Virus record (IMG/VR): IMGVR_UViG_2541047952_000001
Strand: one strand, 5' to 3'
DNA length: 41,595 bases
Source of the DNA: a virus
Taxonomy: Duplodnaviria > Heunggongvirae > Uroviricota > Caudoviricetes
The position numbers and the translations under genes are program-made. The stretch's first letter is position 1; the number at the start of each line of letters is the position of its first letter. Below are positions 26,007 to 35,621 of the stretch, piece by piece. The notes below the pieces were generated by a model. The model did not search any database and was not told where the DNA came from. It worked only from the letters and a program-made list of their open reading frames with translations.

Positions 26007-27046
26007 AGGCTGAAGCATGGCGGGTCAGCAAACTTGGTGAAATACCTGATATAACGTTCGAGGAAGCGTGTGTCAGGTGGCTTGAAGAGAAAGCACATAA
26101 AAAATCACTGGACGATGACAAAAGCCGGATCGGATTCTGGCTTCAACATTTCGCAGGAATGCAACTAAGAGACATTACTGAATCAAAAATTTATTCAGCA
26201 ATGCAGAAAATGACGAACCGGCGTCATGAGGAAAACTGGAAACTCAGGGCAGAAGCATGCAGAAAAAAAGGGAAACCTGTTCCAGAATACACGCCAAAAC
26301 CAGCGTCCGTTGCAACGAAGGCTACGCATCTTTCATTTATAAAGGCCCTACTAAGAGCCGCAGAGCGTGAATGGAAAATGCTGGATAAGGCACCAATTAT
26401 TAAAGTGCCTCAACCAAAGAATAAACGGATCCGCTGGCTGGAGCCCCATGAAGCACAAAGGCTGATTGATGAATGTCCGGAGCCATTAAAGTCTGTTGTT
26501 GAATTTGCACTGGCAACAGGCTTAAGACGCTCGAACATCATCAACCTTGAATGGCAACAAATAGATATGCAGCGCCGGGTGGCATGGATAAACCCGGAAG
26601 AGAGTAAATCAAACCGCGCAATTGGCGTTGCGCTGAATGATACTGCATGTCGCGTATTGAAAAAACAAATCGGGAATCATCACCGTTGGGTATTTGTGTA
26701 CAAGGAAAGCTGTACCAAACCAGACGGAACGAAAGCGCCAACAGTAAGGAAGATGCGGTATGACGCAAACACAGCCTGGAAAGCGGCGCTGAGACGGGCT
26801 GGTATTGATGATTTCAGATTTCACGACTTGAGACACACCTGGGCAAGTTGGCTGGTTCAAGCCGGAGTCCCGTTGTCAGTTTTACAGGAAATGGGAGGCT
26901 GGGAGTCTATCGAAATGGTTCGTCGATATGCTCACCTTGCACCTAATCACCTTACCGAACACGCACGGCAAATAGACTCGATCCTGAACCCATCGGTCCC
27001 AAATTTGTCCCAGTCAAAAAATAAGGAAGGTACTAATGATGTGTAA
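25883..27046 (+). CDS. int: tyrosine integrase (prophage, thrW-targeting)
   Basis: 387-aa [25 protein letters not shown]... with C-terminal catalytic-region motifs ([10 protein letters not shown]...RRYAHL); stops 15 nt before the thrW 3' fragment. Confidence 0.9.
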
Positions 27047-27060
27047 CTTATTGATTTTAA

Positions 27061-27109
27061 TGGTGCCGATAATAGGAGTCGAACCTACGACCTTCGCATT
27101 ACGAATGCG
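27061..27109 (-). tRNA. thrW: partial tRNA-Thr(CGU) thrW: 3' 49 nt only (attachment-site core), not an intact tRNA
   Basis: Reverse complement CGCATTCGTAATGCGAAGGTCGTAGGTTCGACTCCTATTATCGGCACCA matches the anticodon arm to CCA end of thrW as recalled; no D-arm or 5' acceptor strand upstream. Confidence 0.75.
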
Positions 27110-27293
27110 ATGTTAATGCATTTTTAACTACTTGAGCAATCAATCAAAACAACATACTTTATATTATAAAACACCAAGTTATAGCAATAAACCCGTTGAT
27201 TGAAATTAACAAAAGTTGATGTTTATTCCCTCCATTTACTTACACCAGCAGTTACATTATTGTAAGACAGCAATTCTCAACTGGAGCCGAAAA

Positions 27294-28619
27294 ATGGCGC
27301 TTTCAAGACAAAAATTTACCTTCGAAAGACTTCGCAGATTCACCTTACCGGAAGGGAAAAAACAAACTTTTCTTTGGGATGCAGATGTAACAACCCTGGC
27401 ATGCCGAGCAACTAGCGGAGCAAAAGCCTTTGTATTCCAAAGCGTATATGCGGGGAAAACCCTTCGCATGACTATTGGCAACATTAACGACTGGAAGATT
27501 GATGATGCGAGAGCCGAGGCAAGACGGTTACAAACATTGATCGATACAGGGATAGATCCACGAATTGCTAAGGCTGTAAAAATCGCAGAAGCAGAATCCC
27601 TGCAGGCAGAATCACGTAAAACAAAAGTGACTTTCTCCGTCGCCTGGGAAGACTATCTTCAAGAATTGAGAACCGGTATCAGTGCAAAAACTAAACGCCC
27701 ATATTCTACTCGATACATTGCCGATCACATTAACTTGTCCAGTCGTGGAGGCGAAAGTAAAAAAAGAGGCCAAGGCCCGACTTCGGCTGGACCATTGGCT
27801 AGTTTGCTCAACCTGCCGTTATCGGAGCTAACCCCAGATTACATAGCAGCGTGGCTGAGTACAGAAAGGCAAAATAGACCTACCGTCACTGCTCACGCTT
27901 ATCGCCTACTACGTGCTTTCATCAAATGGAGTAATTATCAGAAAAAATATCAAGGGATCATTCCTGGCGATCTGGCACAAGATTACAACGTAAGAAAAAT
28001 GGTTCCCGTGTCAGCGAGTAAAGCTGATGATTGCCTGCAAAAGGAACAACTAAAAAGCTGGTTTAGTGCCGTGCGTAGCCTCAATAATCCTATTGCATCG
28101 GCCTATCTCCAAGTACTTTTGCTCACTGGTGCTCGGCGTGAAGAAATTGCGTCGCTTCGCTGGTCAGACGTAGATTTCAAATGGTCAAGCATGCGAATTA
28201 AAGACAAGATCGAAGGTGAACGTATCATCCCTCTCACTCCTTATGTTTCTGAATTGTTAAATGTACTAGCGCAATCCCCAAATTCTGACGTAAATAAGGA
28301 GGGTTGGGTTTTCAGAAGTAACAGTAAAAGTGGCAAAATTATTGAGCCGCGTTCAGCGCACAACAGAGCGTTAGTGCTGGCTGAGTTACCACATATCAGC
28401 CTTCACGGTTTACGTCGTAGTTTTGGTACTTTGGCCGAGTGGGTTGAAGTTCCCACTGGTATTGTTGCTCAAATTATGGGACACAAACCCAGCGCTCTTG
28501 CCGAAAAACACTATCGCCGTCGTCCGTTAGATCTGTTACGAAAATGGCACGAGAAAATTGAGACATGGATCTTAAATGAAGCAGGTATTACCATAAAAAA
28601 CAACGTTGATATGCGTTGA
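27294..28619 (+). CDS. P4-type tyrosine integrase of a second integrative element (CP4-6 IntF-like)
   Basis: Preferred start MALSRQKFTFERLRRF at 27294 with GGAG RBS (track: 27216); C-terminal HGLRRSFGTLAEW...KHYRR catalytic-type motifs. Confidence 0.85.
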   Translation: MALSRQKFTFERLRRFTLPEGKKQTFLWDADVTTLACRATSGAKAFVFQSVYAGKTLRMTIGNINDWKIDDARAEARRLQTLIDTGIDPRIAKAVKIAEAESLQAESRKTKVTFSVAWEDYLQELRTGISAKTKRPYSTRYIADHINLSSRGGESKKRGQGPTSAGPLASLLNLPLSELTPDYIAAWLSTERQNRPTVTAHAYRLLRAFIKWSNYQKKYQGIIPGDLAQDYNVRKMVPVSASKADDCLQKEQLKSWFSAVRSLNNPIASAYLQVLLLTGARREEIASLRWSDVDFKWSSMRIKDKIEGERIIPLTPYVSELLNVLAQSPNSDVNKEGWVFRSNSKSGKIIEPRSAHNRALVLAELPHISLHGLRRSFGTLAEWVEVPTGIVAQIMGHKPSALAEKHYRRRPLDLLRKWHEKIETWILNEAGITIKNNVDMR

Positions 28620-28735
28620 TTCCATTAAAAATCAACATATTACAAAATATCATCAACTATTGATCAAGATAGATTTTCATGTATCGTAATACACAGTTTA
28701 GTCAATGATACAGCAACTACACAGGAGATAAGCCA

Positions 28736-29176
28736 ATGGCAACCCCAGCAACTGTATCCATAGAACCCACTCTGGCAGCTATCAGAGCTCGCTGGTGTAT
28801 TAATTCAAGTAAAACAACTCAATCCTTTAACGATCCTGCGTCCATGGAAGAGGTTGTCGAGTATCTCAAAGGAACATACTCAGCTCTTCGCAAGTCTGTC
28901 GCATGCGCCAAACTGAAAATTTTACATCTTAAACAAAGAATGCAAAATGCTACTAACTTTCTCGCGCGTCTGATGTCATGTAAAAATCAGGCATCCAGAT
29001 CGCATCACAGTACGGCTAAATCAGCTAAAAGTGCCTTATCATCAGATTCAGGTGATGGTAGTGACCCCGACCCCGAGCCCGAAACGTTTCCTTCTGCCTT
29101 CATTACTACCCCTACTAATTCAATAATGCTTAAAGCTTTCTTTGCCAATATCTCAATCACTGAGGTGGCAAAATGA
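28736..29176 (+). CDS. hypothetical protein (146 aa, YagN-like)
   Basis: First cargo gene after the integrase, translationally coupled to the AlpA-like gene by a 4-nt overlap; acidic Ser/Asp-rich C-terminal region. Confidence 0.45.
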   Translation: MATPATVSIEPTLAAIRARWCINSSKTTQSFNDPASMEEVVEYLKGTYSALRKSVACAKLKILHLKQRMQNATNFLARLMSCKNQASRSHHSTAKSAKSALSSDSGDGSDPDPEPETFPSAFITTPTNSIMLKAFFANISITEVAK

Positions 29177-29397
29177 GCGCATTCAAACTCCCGGATACAT
29201 CTCAATCACAGCTCATTTCAACAGCTGAGTTAGCTAAAATCATTAGCTACAAATCTCAAACCATTCGTAAATGGCTTTGTCAGGACAAATTGCCTGAGGG
29301 GCTACCTCGCCCAAAACAAATCAATGGCCGCCATTACTGGTTACGTAAAGATGTCCTCGATTTTATAGATACATTTTCTGTACGAGAAAGTCTGTAA
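29173..29397 (+). CDS. AlpA-family HTH regulator / excisionase-like protein
   Basis: 74-aa ORF LISTAELAKIISYKSQTIRKWLCQDKLP...INGRHYWLRKDV, typical AlpA-type fold signature. Confidence 0.65.
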   Translation: MSAFKLPDTSQSQLISTAELAKIISYKSQTIRKWLCQDKLPEGLPRPKQINGRHYWLRKDVLDFIDTFSVRESL

Positions 29398-29515
29398 TAA
29401 ATTACAGATTTAATTTTATTGATTTATAGCGATGTTGCCCCGAGAAAAATGGGGCAACACTGAGAAATTTCAGATAGTAGTTTTATATTGAGATAACAAA
29501 GAGGTTTCCTTAAAA

Positions 29516-30370
29516 ATGTCTAATAGTGTTACTAATTTTGAGATGAGCAGCGTTCTACCAGGAAAAAAACCTTGTCAAGGCAAAAACAATGAGTCACAGG
29601 TAGTACAGACTACTCCCATAAAAAAACACTCAGTCACGTTCAAAAATCAATCTTCATTAGGAGTAATTGATCATTATGCCAGACTAACAAATAAATCTCA
29701 CTCTTCCGTAATAGCGGAAGTTGTGGATTTGGCTATCCCTATATTAGAAAAATGCAATCGTCATAACTGGTCAATAAATGAAATAAAAAATGACCTGTTA
29801 AAGTTCTCTATAAAAGAAAGCATCAATCGAAGCCGAGGTAAAACAGAAGTAACTCTGGAAGAGTACTGTTCGTTAATCTGGAAAACGAACATCATGAGTC
29901 CATTAAAAATCCCCATTGCAGATTACTTTCAACTGAACGCTAATGATGAATTCATGGGGAAAGATGAAAAAACAGTTATACGTGAAAGGCTATCCTCGCT
30001 AAGGGAAAATTACGATATGGAAAAAGCCATTTACATTTACAATCAAAGACATTTTGATGTAAAGCATCAAAGTGTCTCAGGATATTCAAACATTATTCTT
30101 ATTCATAGAACAACCTTTGAGGGTTATTACTTTGATGCCGGGCAGGCTCTACTCTTGTCAACATCCCAATTGATTATATTCGGGATAAATGAAGTTCTTA
30201 GAAGAAAGGGGATTGTTATGCCTTATCCGGTTGTTTGTTGGATTGATATTTACCATGTCAATGAAATGGTGGTTATGCTGCCAGTGCTCCGCAAAACAGA
30301 TGTTTCCAACCGTGTTAATGTACCGGATGACATCATTATAAACCCATACTCACAAGAGAGCAGAACCTAA
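29516..30370 (+). CDS. hypothetical protein (284 aa, YagM-like)
   Basis: AT-rich ORF; no recognisable catalytic motif; size equals my recollection of CP4-6 YagM. Confidence 0.5.
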   Translation: MSNSVTNFEMSSVLPGKKPCQGKNNESQVVQTTPIKKHSVTFKNQSSLGVIDHYARLTNKSHSSVIAEVVDLAIPILEKCNRHNWSINEIKNDLLKFSIKESINRSRGKTEVTLEEYCSLIWKTNIMSPLKIPIADYFQLNANDEFMGKDEKTVIRERLSSLRENYDMEKAIYIYNQRHFDVKHQSVSGYSNIILIHRTTFEGYYFDAGQALLLSTSQLIIFGINEVLRRKGIVMPYPVVCWIDIYHVNEMVVMLPVLRKTDVSNRVNVPDDIIINPYSQESRT

Positions 30371-30396
30371 GAGGTAACAAAGAAGGACAAACAATT

Positions 30397-31095
30397 ATGA
30401 GAGGTAAAATACTACTTTACCAGTTAAAGTATCGCTGGCAATCACTCTCTATTTTTGGTTGTTTTTTATGCAAAATGACATTATTCAGGTATCAAAAAAT
30501 AATTTATGACACCGGAGTGCATCAGATGCGTTCATTTTTTTACACCATATGCAGTAGCGAACAGCAAGAAAGCATTACAGATCATCACTCACTTGCTGAG
30601 ATATGCCAAAAATTTAATATTCTACCTGAACATGTTGTGATCGAGCAGGTAGATATTAAAGAGGTTGTTTCAGAGCAACGTTTACTCAGACAATTGATTC
30701 ATCATGAAATGAACCGGCAGGACACGCTTGTCATTCCAGATCTAAGCTGTCTTGGCAGAACTGTGGAGGACTTACAGAATATTTTATTTTTTTGCCTTCA
30801 AAAAGAAATGTTTATCTACAGCTACCATCCAGCTTCAAGGATAGAGCCTTCTGCTGAAAGTTGCTTGTCTTTTTTGATTGCTCGTCAGGATACGATTGAC
30901 ATTCACAATCTGAAATCAACTAAAAGCCGATATCGACATGTTAAGAAGAAATTAGGACGAAAGGAGGGAAGCAAATACCGACGTGATATCACAATACTTA
31001 AGAAAGGTGGATTTACTCAGGCTGAGATTGCAAAGAAATTGAGTATCAGTTTATCGACTGTGAAGCGGCACTGGAATAACGGAATCATCGGTTAA
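30397..31095 (+). CDS. degenerate serine-recombinase-like DNA-binding protein (YagL-like)
   Basis: Resolvase-like layout: YTICSSEQQ resembles YARVSTxQQ but lacks the Arg; DTLVIPDLSCLGR resembles D.LVV.KLDRLGR; C-terminal HTH GFTQAEIAKKLSISLSTVKRHW. Possible internal start at 30526. Confidence 0.55.
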   Translation: MRGKILLYQLKYRWQSLSIFGCFLCKMTLFRYQKIIYDTGVHQMRSFFYTICSSEQQESITDHHSLAEICQKFNILPEHVVIEQVDIKEVVSEQRLLRQLIHHEMNRQDTLVIPDLSCLGRTVEDLQNILFFCLQKEMFIYSYHPASRIEPSAESCLSFLIARQDTIDIHNLKSTKSRYRHVKKKLGRKEGSKYRRDITILKKGGFTQAEIAKKLSISLSTVKRHWNNGIIG

Positions 31096-31199
31096 TTCCA
31101 GAAGCTAATTGCAGAGTAACTTTTTAACAGCCATCACAGGCTGGGGCTACCTTCGTCTCAAATTTAGATGTTGGATAGGTATTATATAATGGCATTGTG

Positions 31200-31358
31200 T
31201 ACTCTTACTACCTGTATTCACCAGTAAGAGTAGTAATCAGATCAGTATGTCCGTACTAAAATCTGATACCAGTATATACCGACAACAGTGACCAGGAATA
31301 GCCCTGCCTGTATGGCATCCCTGTACGGTCTGCTATAGACCGTAGGACCAAATACAGG
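31200..31358. repeat. cluster of nested inverted repeats upstream of the yagK-like gene
   Basis: TACTCTTACT / AGTAAGAGTA (31200..31209 and 31223..31232), TACGGTCT / AGACCGTA (31324..31331 and 31337..31344) and CCTGTAT / ATACAGG (31307..31313 and 31352..31358); consensus TATAAT at 31185..31190. Confidence 0.35.
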
Positions 31359-31366
31359 TATATATT

Positions 31367-31696
31367 ATGAAAACATATCAAGGTACTCATGGAGTACATA
31401 TCCTCGAATATCAGAGTAAGATTAATAAATTATTATGTTATTTGACTAACCGGTATCCTAGGTTAATTGCTGTACGTGTCGATCTCCACTATCCCAAAAT
31501 AGTTGATAACGGTGACAATATCTGTTGCTTCCCTAACCTGGAACCTGGGGTGATATCCCGGATGCGTGAATCCCTCAGAGCTAAGCTGGAGGCTGACCGT
31601 ACCCGTAAGGTGCGTGAGGATAAACGCATTTACCGTTGCCCTTTATTTATTATATGGGCGAAAGAGTATTCTGAATCAGGTAAATGCCACTATCAC
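31367..31696 (+). pseudogene. yagK-like gene truncated by IS1
   Basis: Reading frame runs from ATG 31367 straight into the IS1 left inverted repeat; the last 8 codons of the track ORF (GDAANLLI) are IS1 sequence. Confidence 0.5.
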
Positions 31697-31751
31697 GGTG
31701 ATGCTGCCAACTTACTGATTTAGTGTATGATGGTGTTTTTGAGGTGCTCCA

Positions 31752-32027
31752 GTGGCTTCTGTTTCTATCAGCTGTCCCTCCTGTTCAGCTACTGACGGGG
31801 TGGTGCGTAACGGCAAAAGCACCGCCGGACATCAGCGCTATCTCTGCTCTCACTGCCGTAAAACATGGCAACTGCAGTTCACTTACACCGCTTCTCAACC
31901 CGGTACGCACCAGAAAATCATTGATATGGCCATGAATGGCGTTGGATGCCGGGCAACAGCCCGCATTATGGGCGTTGGCCTCAACACGATTTTCCGCCAT
32001 TTAAAAAACTCAGGCCGCAGTCGGTAA
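31752..32027 (+). CDS. insA: IS1 InsA
   Basis: 91-aa product [43 protein letters not shown]... Confidence 0.9.
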   Translation: MASVSISCPSCSATDGVVRNGKSTAGHQRYLCSHCRKTWQLQFTYTASQPGTHQKIIDMAMNGVGCRATARIMGVGLNTIFRHLKNSGRSR

Positions 32028-32449
32028 CCTCGCGCATACAGCCGGGCAGTGACGTCATCGTCTGCGCGGAAATGGACGAACAGTGGGGATACGTCGGGGC
32101 TAAATCGCGCCAGCGCTGGCTGTTTTACGCGTATGACAGGCTCCGGAAGACGGTTGTTGCGCACGTATTCGGTGAACGCACTATGGCGACGCTGGGGCGT
32201 CTTATGAGCCTGCTGTCACCCTTTGACGTGGTGATATGGATGACGGATGGCTGGCCGCTGTATGAATCCCGCCTGAAGGGAAAGCTGCACGTAATCAGCA
32301 AGCGATATACGCAGCGAATTGAGCGGCATAACCTGAATCTGAGGCAGCACCTGGCACGGCTGGGACGGAAGTCGCTGTCGTTCTCAAAATCGGTGGAGCT
32401 GCATGACAAAGTCATCGGGCATTATCTGAACATAAAACACTATCAATAA
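31946..32449 (+). CDS. insB: IS1 InsB (expressed as InsAB' transposase by -1 frameshift)
   Basis: 167-aa ORF in the -1 frame relative to insA, overlapping its 3' end. Confidence 0.85.
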   Translation: MPGNSPHYGRWPQHDFPPFKKLRPQSVTSRIQPGSDVIVCAEMDEQWGYVGAKSRQRWLFYAYDRLRKTVVAHVFGERTMATLGRLMSLLSPFDVVIWMTDGWPLYESRLKGKLHVISKRYTQRIERHNLNLRQHLARLGRKSLSFSKSVELHDKVIGHYLNIKHYQ

Positions 32450-32531
32450 GTTAGAGTCATTACCGAAGTGATCGTATAACCAAGGGAGTAACCCGAGTAA
32501 CTGAGCGCCGAAATATTACGACTGGACGCCA

Positions 32532-32708
32532 GATGAATTTACGTCTGACGGGACTTGATGATGATGCTTTGTCGATGCTAGTTGAAAAGGTTCAGGAAAA
32601 ACTTCCAAATAAAAATGTAACACGCTCGCGCGTTCTGCGAGCAGCTTGCTATCTTCAAGACGATAAACTGCTTCAAAAGCTTGCACAGTCACTACTTGAA
32701 AACACGTA
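32532..32708 (+). CDS. small hypothetical protein (58 aa)
   Basis: Hand-translated MNLRLTGLDDDALSMLVEKVQEKLPNKNVTRSRVLRAACYLQDDKLLQKLAQSLLENT; helical and charged, followed by a TATATA-rich tract. Preferred over the antisense 80-aa track ORF 32516..32758. Confidence 0.3.
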
Positions 32709-33046
32709 ATGTATATATATTTATATATACAAAATTTAGTGTGAAATGCTCTTGCCAAATTTGTTATACTGGATTGGTGGTATATGCTTTTGTATATACA
32801 TTTTTAGTATTTTCATTAATTAAATTAATTTGTTAGATTCCTGTTCGAGAGTTTTGGATGGTCGTAGTATATTTCGCTTAAGCGGCCATTCCAGATTGAC
32901 TTCCTGACCTTGCAAGCCAGAGTTTCCTTCGCTAGAGGCTGATGCTTTTTTACAGGACTAGGGCAGGGGGGGGATGAAAAACCCTCTCCCCTAAGTGCTG
33001 TAGCAGTCACAACTGGAGGTGAGGAAACCCGAAAATAATTTGTTAG

Positions 33047-34318
33047 TCATAACCGGGCTATGGGCAAATCAGTCCACCTGGTTGTATAAGCGGGAGAAAG
33101 GATCTCCCGCTTCATCTGCCATTCAGGCGCAATTCCCCGCCCCGCAAACCAGACTTTCCCCAGGCCGGAATGGTTGATGCCGTCGAGCACCTTCATCAGC
33201 TTATCACTGTGTGCTCTGGGCTGTACGTCATCAAACAGATTCAGCTGAGAGACGCCGGTCGGGGAGAAATCGTTCAGCATGATGCCGGCTTTGGCATAGC
33301 GATGGCCGGAGACCCAGATCCTGTCCAGCGCTCTGACTGCAGCAGTAATAATGTCCCGGGTGTCCCGCGTGGGTGTCATCAGTTTCTCTGTTGCCAGATT
33401 GCCGTAATAGGGCTCGTTGATGGCGAACGGCGAAGTTTTAATGAAAGCCGAGATATGCCGGCAGTACTGGTGCTCTCCGCGCAGCTTCTCCGCAGCGCGT
33501 TCTGCATGCTGACAGATGGCCTGACGCATGGCTTCATACGTTGTGACGCGTTCTCCGAAAGAACGGCTGCAGACAATCTGCTGTTTTGGCGGGGGTGCTT
33601 CTTCCAGCAAAATGCACGGTTCTCCGTTCAGTTCACGAACCGTTCTCTCCAGTACCACGTTGAAGTTTTTCCGGATGAAGGTTGGATTCGCGCGCGCCAA
33701 CTGCAGCGCAGTGGTGATACCCATTGTCCCCAGCGTCTTCGAAATTCTCCGGCCCACACCCCAGATTTCTTCCACCGGCTGCAGTGAGAGCAGTTTCTCC
33801 GTCCGGTGGGGATTGCCCGGGGTCAGGGCCAGAACGCCGCCAAATTGTGGCCATTCTTTTGACGCCCATTGAGCGCTTTTAGCCAGCGTTTTCGTGGGGC
33901 CCATGCCGACACCGATGGTGAGTCCCGTACCGTTACCAACATGGACACGCAGCTGCCGACCAAAGTCTTCAAAGTCAATACAGCGGTTGATGCCCCGGAT
34001 ATCGAGGAACATCTCGTCAATGGAATACTGTTCCACGCGCGGCGCCAGCTCTTCCAGATGAGTCATCACCCTGGCGGACATCGAGGCGTACAGCTCATAG
34101 TTGCTGGAGAACACGTGCAGCTTCTCGGGAAACTGTGCGTCCTTCAGCTGGAACCACGGTACGCCCATTTTGATGCCAAGTAGTTTTGCTTCTTTTGAGC
34201 GGGCGATAACGCAGCCGTCGTTGTTGCTCAGCACGACAACCGGTTTACCCCGCAGGTCAGGGCGAAACACCTTCTCGCAGCTGTCATAGAACGAATTGAC
34301 GTCGGCCAGGGCAAACAT
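33047..34318 (-). CDS. umuC: Y-family translesion DNA polymerase subunit UmuC (UmuC/MucB family)
   Basis: 423-aa [48 protein letters not shown]... with clear UmuC-type N-terminal and internal motifs. Confidence 0.9.
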   Translation of the reverse strand: MFALADVNSFYDSCEKVFRPDLRGKPVVVLSNNDGCVIARSKEAKLLGIKMGVPWFQLKDAQFPEKLHVFSSNYELYASMSARVMTHLEELAPRVEQYSIDEMFLDIRGINRCIDFEDFGRQLRVHVGNGTGLTIGVGMGPTKTLAKSAQWASKEWPQFGGVLALTPGNPHRTEKLLSLQPVEEIWGVGRRISKTLGTMGITTALQLARANPTFIRKNFNVVLERTVRELNGEPCILLEEAPPPKQQIVCSRSFGERVTTYEAMRQAICQHAERAAEKLRGEHQYCRHISAFIKTSPFAINEPYYGNLATEKLMTPTRDTRDIITAAVRALDRIWVSGHRYAKAGIMLNDFSPTGVSQLNLFDDVQPRAHSDKLMKVLDGINHSGLGKVWFAGRGIAPEWQMKREILSPAYTTRWTDLPIARL

Positions 34319-34395
34319 CAGTCCGCTCCACGCGTCTTATGGATAAACGCGGTCACCACACCAAAAATCTGCAGCGTCTCCGGGTCAGGGTGAAG
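34318..34395 (-). pseudogene. umuD 3' remnant (truncated; no S24 peptidase domain, no LexA box seen)
   Basis: Only the last roughly 25 codons (...[29 protein letters not shown]) resemble the UmuD C-terminus; the stop overlaps the umuC ATG (TGATG). Upstream sequence is unrelated and carries a REP-like element. Confidence 0.55.
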
Positions 34396-34573
34396 GGCAG
34401 GGTATCGCAAGGTGTGGCGACCTGCCAGCGGGAAAGGTAGCAGCATTAATAGAGTGGAAAGAGAAGACCTGGCAGACAGGGAGTCAAATTGCTGACAACG
34501 GTTATACTGTGCGGCACTTCGCCTGAACAGGCTATGGTATAAAAATAACGCACTGATATTAATATACTTTAAA

Positions 34574-34600
34574 GCCGGATAATGCGAAGCCGCATCCGGC
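34574..34600. repeat. REP-like palindromic unit
   Basis: GCCGGATaatgcgaagccgcATCCGGC, a typical enterobacterial extragenic palindrome form. Confidence 0.5.
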
Positions 34601-34675
34601 AAAACGGCATATAAAAGAGTAAAATCAGACTTACCATCAGTCTGACGCCCCCGGCAGACAGGGGCGAAATCATGC

Positions 34676-35608
34676 TCAGGGTACCGGCGTCACCAGCGGC
34701 AAACCGGCGAACCATGCCTCAACGTTTTCCAGTACCAGACGCGACATTTCCCGACGCGTTTCCCAGGTTGCGCTGGCCATATGTGGCGTGATCACCACGT
34801 TGTCGCGCTTCTGCAACGATACGGGAACGTGCGGCTCGTGGGCAAAGACATCCAGCGCAGCACCGGCGATGGTGTTATTTTCCAGTGCGGCTATCAGCGC
34901 GTCCTCATCCACCACGCTGCCGCGCGAGATATTGATCAAAATGCCCTCCGCGCCCAGCGCCTCCAGCACAGATTGATTGATCAGCGCTTTGGTTCCTTCA
35001 CCGCCCGGCGCGCAAACCATCAGAAAATCGCTGTTTTGCGCCAGGGCCTGTAGATCGGGAATGTAATTCCATATCAGTGCATTATTTTTCTGGCGGTCGC
35101 TGTAAGAAATCTCCATATCGAACGCTGCCGCCCGTCTGGCTATGGCCTGCCCGATGCGTCCCATGCCAAGGATACCCAGACGTTTGCCGGAAACTTTACG
35201 CGTCCACTGAAAACCGCTGTTCTGCCAGCCAGCCTGTTCAATAAATTTCTGCGCAGCGACAATTTTGCGTGAGACGGCAAGCATGAGCCCCATCGCCAGA
35301 TCGGCAACATCGTCGGTTAATACGCCTGGCGTATGAGTAACGTCTACTCCGGCATCACGCGCGGCGGCGACATCCACTCCGTCATACCCCACACCAAACA
35401 CGGCAATCAACTTCAGTGCGGGTAGTGTATTAATAAATTCACGCGTGACTACTGCCTCACCGTTGGTAATCACCACGGCGATCTCGCTGGCAACGGCTTG
35501 CAATTCTGTATCAGACAGAAGAGCGAGATCGTATAAATCGTAACGCTGGCTAAGCTCCCAGGTCAGCGCATCCGGTAAATAGGCTTGTTTGAGTACTTTC
35601 TGTTTCAT
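34676..35608 (-). CDS. D-isomer-specific 2-hydroxyacid dehydrogenase (NAD-binding)
   Basis: Preferred start MKQKVLKQAYLPDAL at 35608 (track: 35722); Rossmann GxGxxG motif GILGMGRIGQAIARR and conserved catalytic-region residues. Confidence 0.8.
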   Translation of the reverse strand: MKQKVLKQAYLPDALTWELSQRYDLYDLALLSDTELQAVASEIAVVITNGEAVVTREFINTLPALKLIAVFGVGYDGVDVAAARDAGVDVTHTPGVLTDDVADLAMGLMLAVSRKIVAAQKFIEQAGWQNSGFQWTRKVSGKRLGILGMGRIGQAIARRAAAFDMEISYSDRQKNNALIWNYIPDLQALAQNSDFLMVCAPGGEGTKALINQSVLEALGAEGILINISRGSVVDEDALIAALENNTIAGAALDVFAHEPHVPVSLQKRDNVVITPHMASATWETRREMSRLVLENVEAWFAGLPLVTPVP

Positions 35609-35621
35609 AGCGTTTCCAATA

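Larger units (their letters stand above)
31697..32464 (+). mobile_element. IS1 insertion sequence, complete 768 bp
   Basis: Begins GGTGATGCTGCCAACTTACTGATTTAGTGTATGATGGTG and ends ...CAATAAGTTAGAGTCATTACC with insA and insB inside; no 9-bp direct repeat at the flanks. Confidence 0.95.

Noticed and set aside
27061-27109. Functional tRNA-Thr gene
   Set aside because: Only the 3' 49 nt are present (anticodon arm to CCA); the sequence upstream in tRNA orientation cannot form the D-arm or acceptor stem, so it is an att-site remnant.
27216-27293. Longer start for the second integrase (MMFIPSIYLHQQ...)
   Set aside because: No RBS and an AT-rich promoter-like context; the ATG at 27294 has a GGAG RBS and gives a typical integrase N-terminus.
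31723-32415. ORFs 31723..31935, 31785..32000, 31895..32164 and 32125..32415
   Set aside because: All lie inside IS1 in frames or strands other than insA/insB and are known non-coding frames of this element.
32516-32758. 80-aa minus-strand ORF
   Set aside because: Low-complexity, AT-tract-derived translation (CIYKYIYITCF); the opposite-strand 58-aa ORF is more protein-like, though itself low confidence.
33170-34289. Multiple plus-strand ORFs of 60-205 aa
   Set aside because: Antisense to the umuC coding sequence, which has unambiguous homology.
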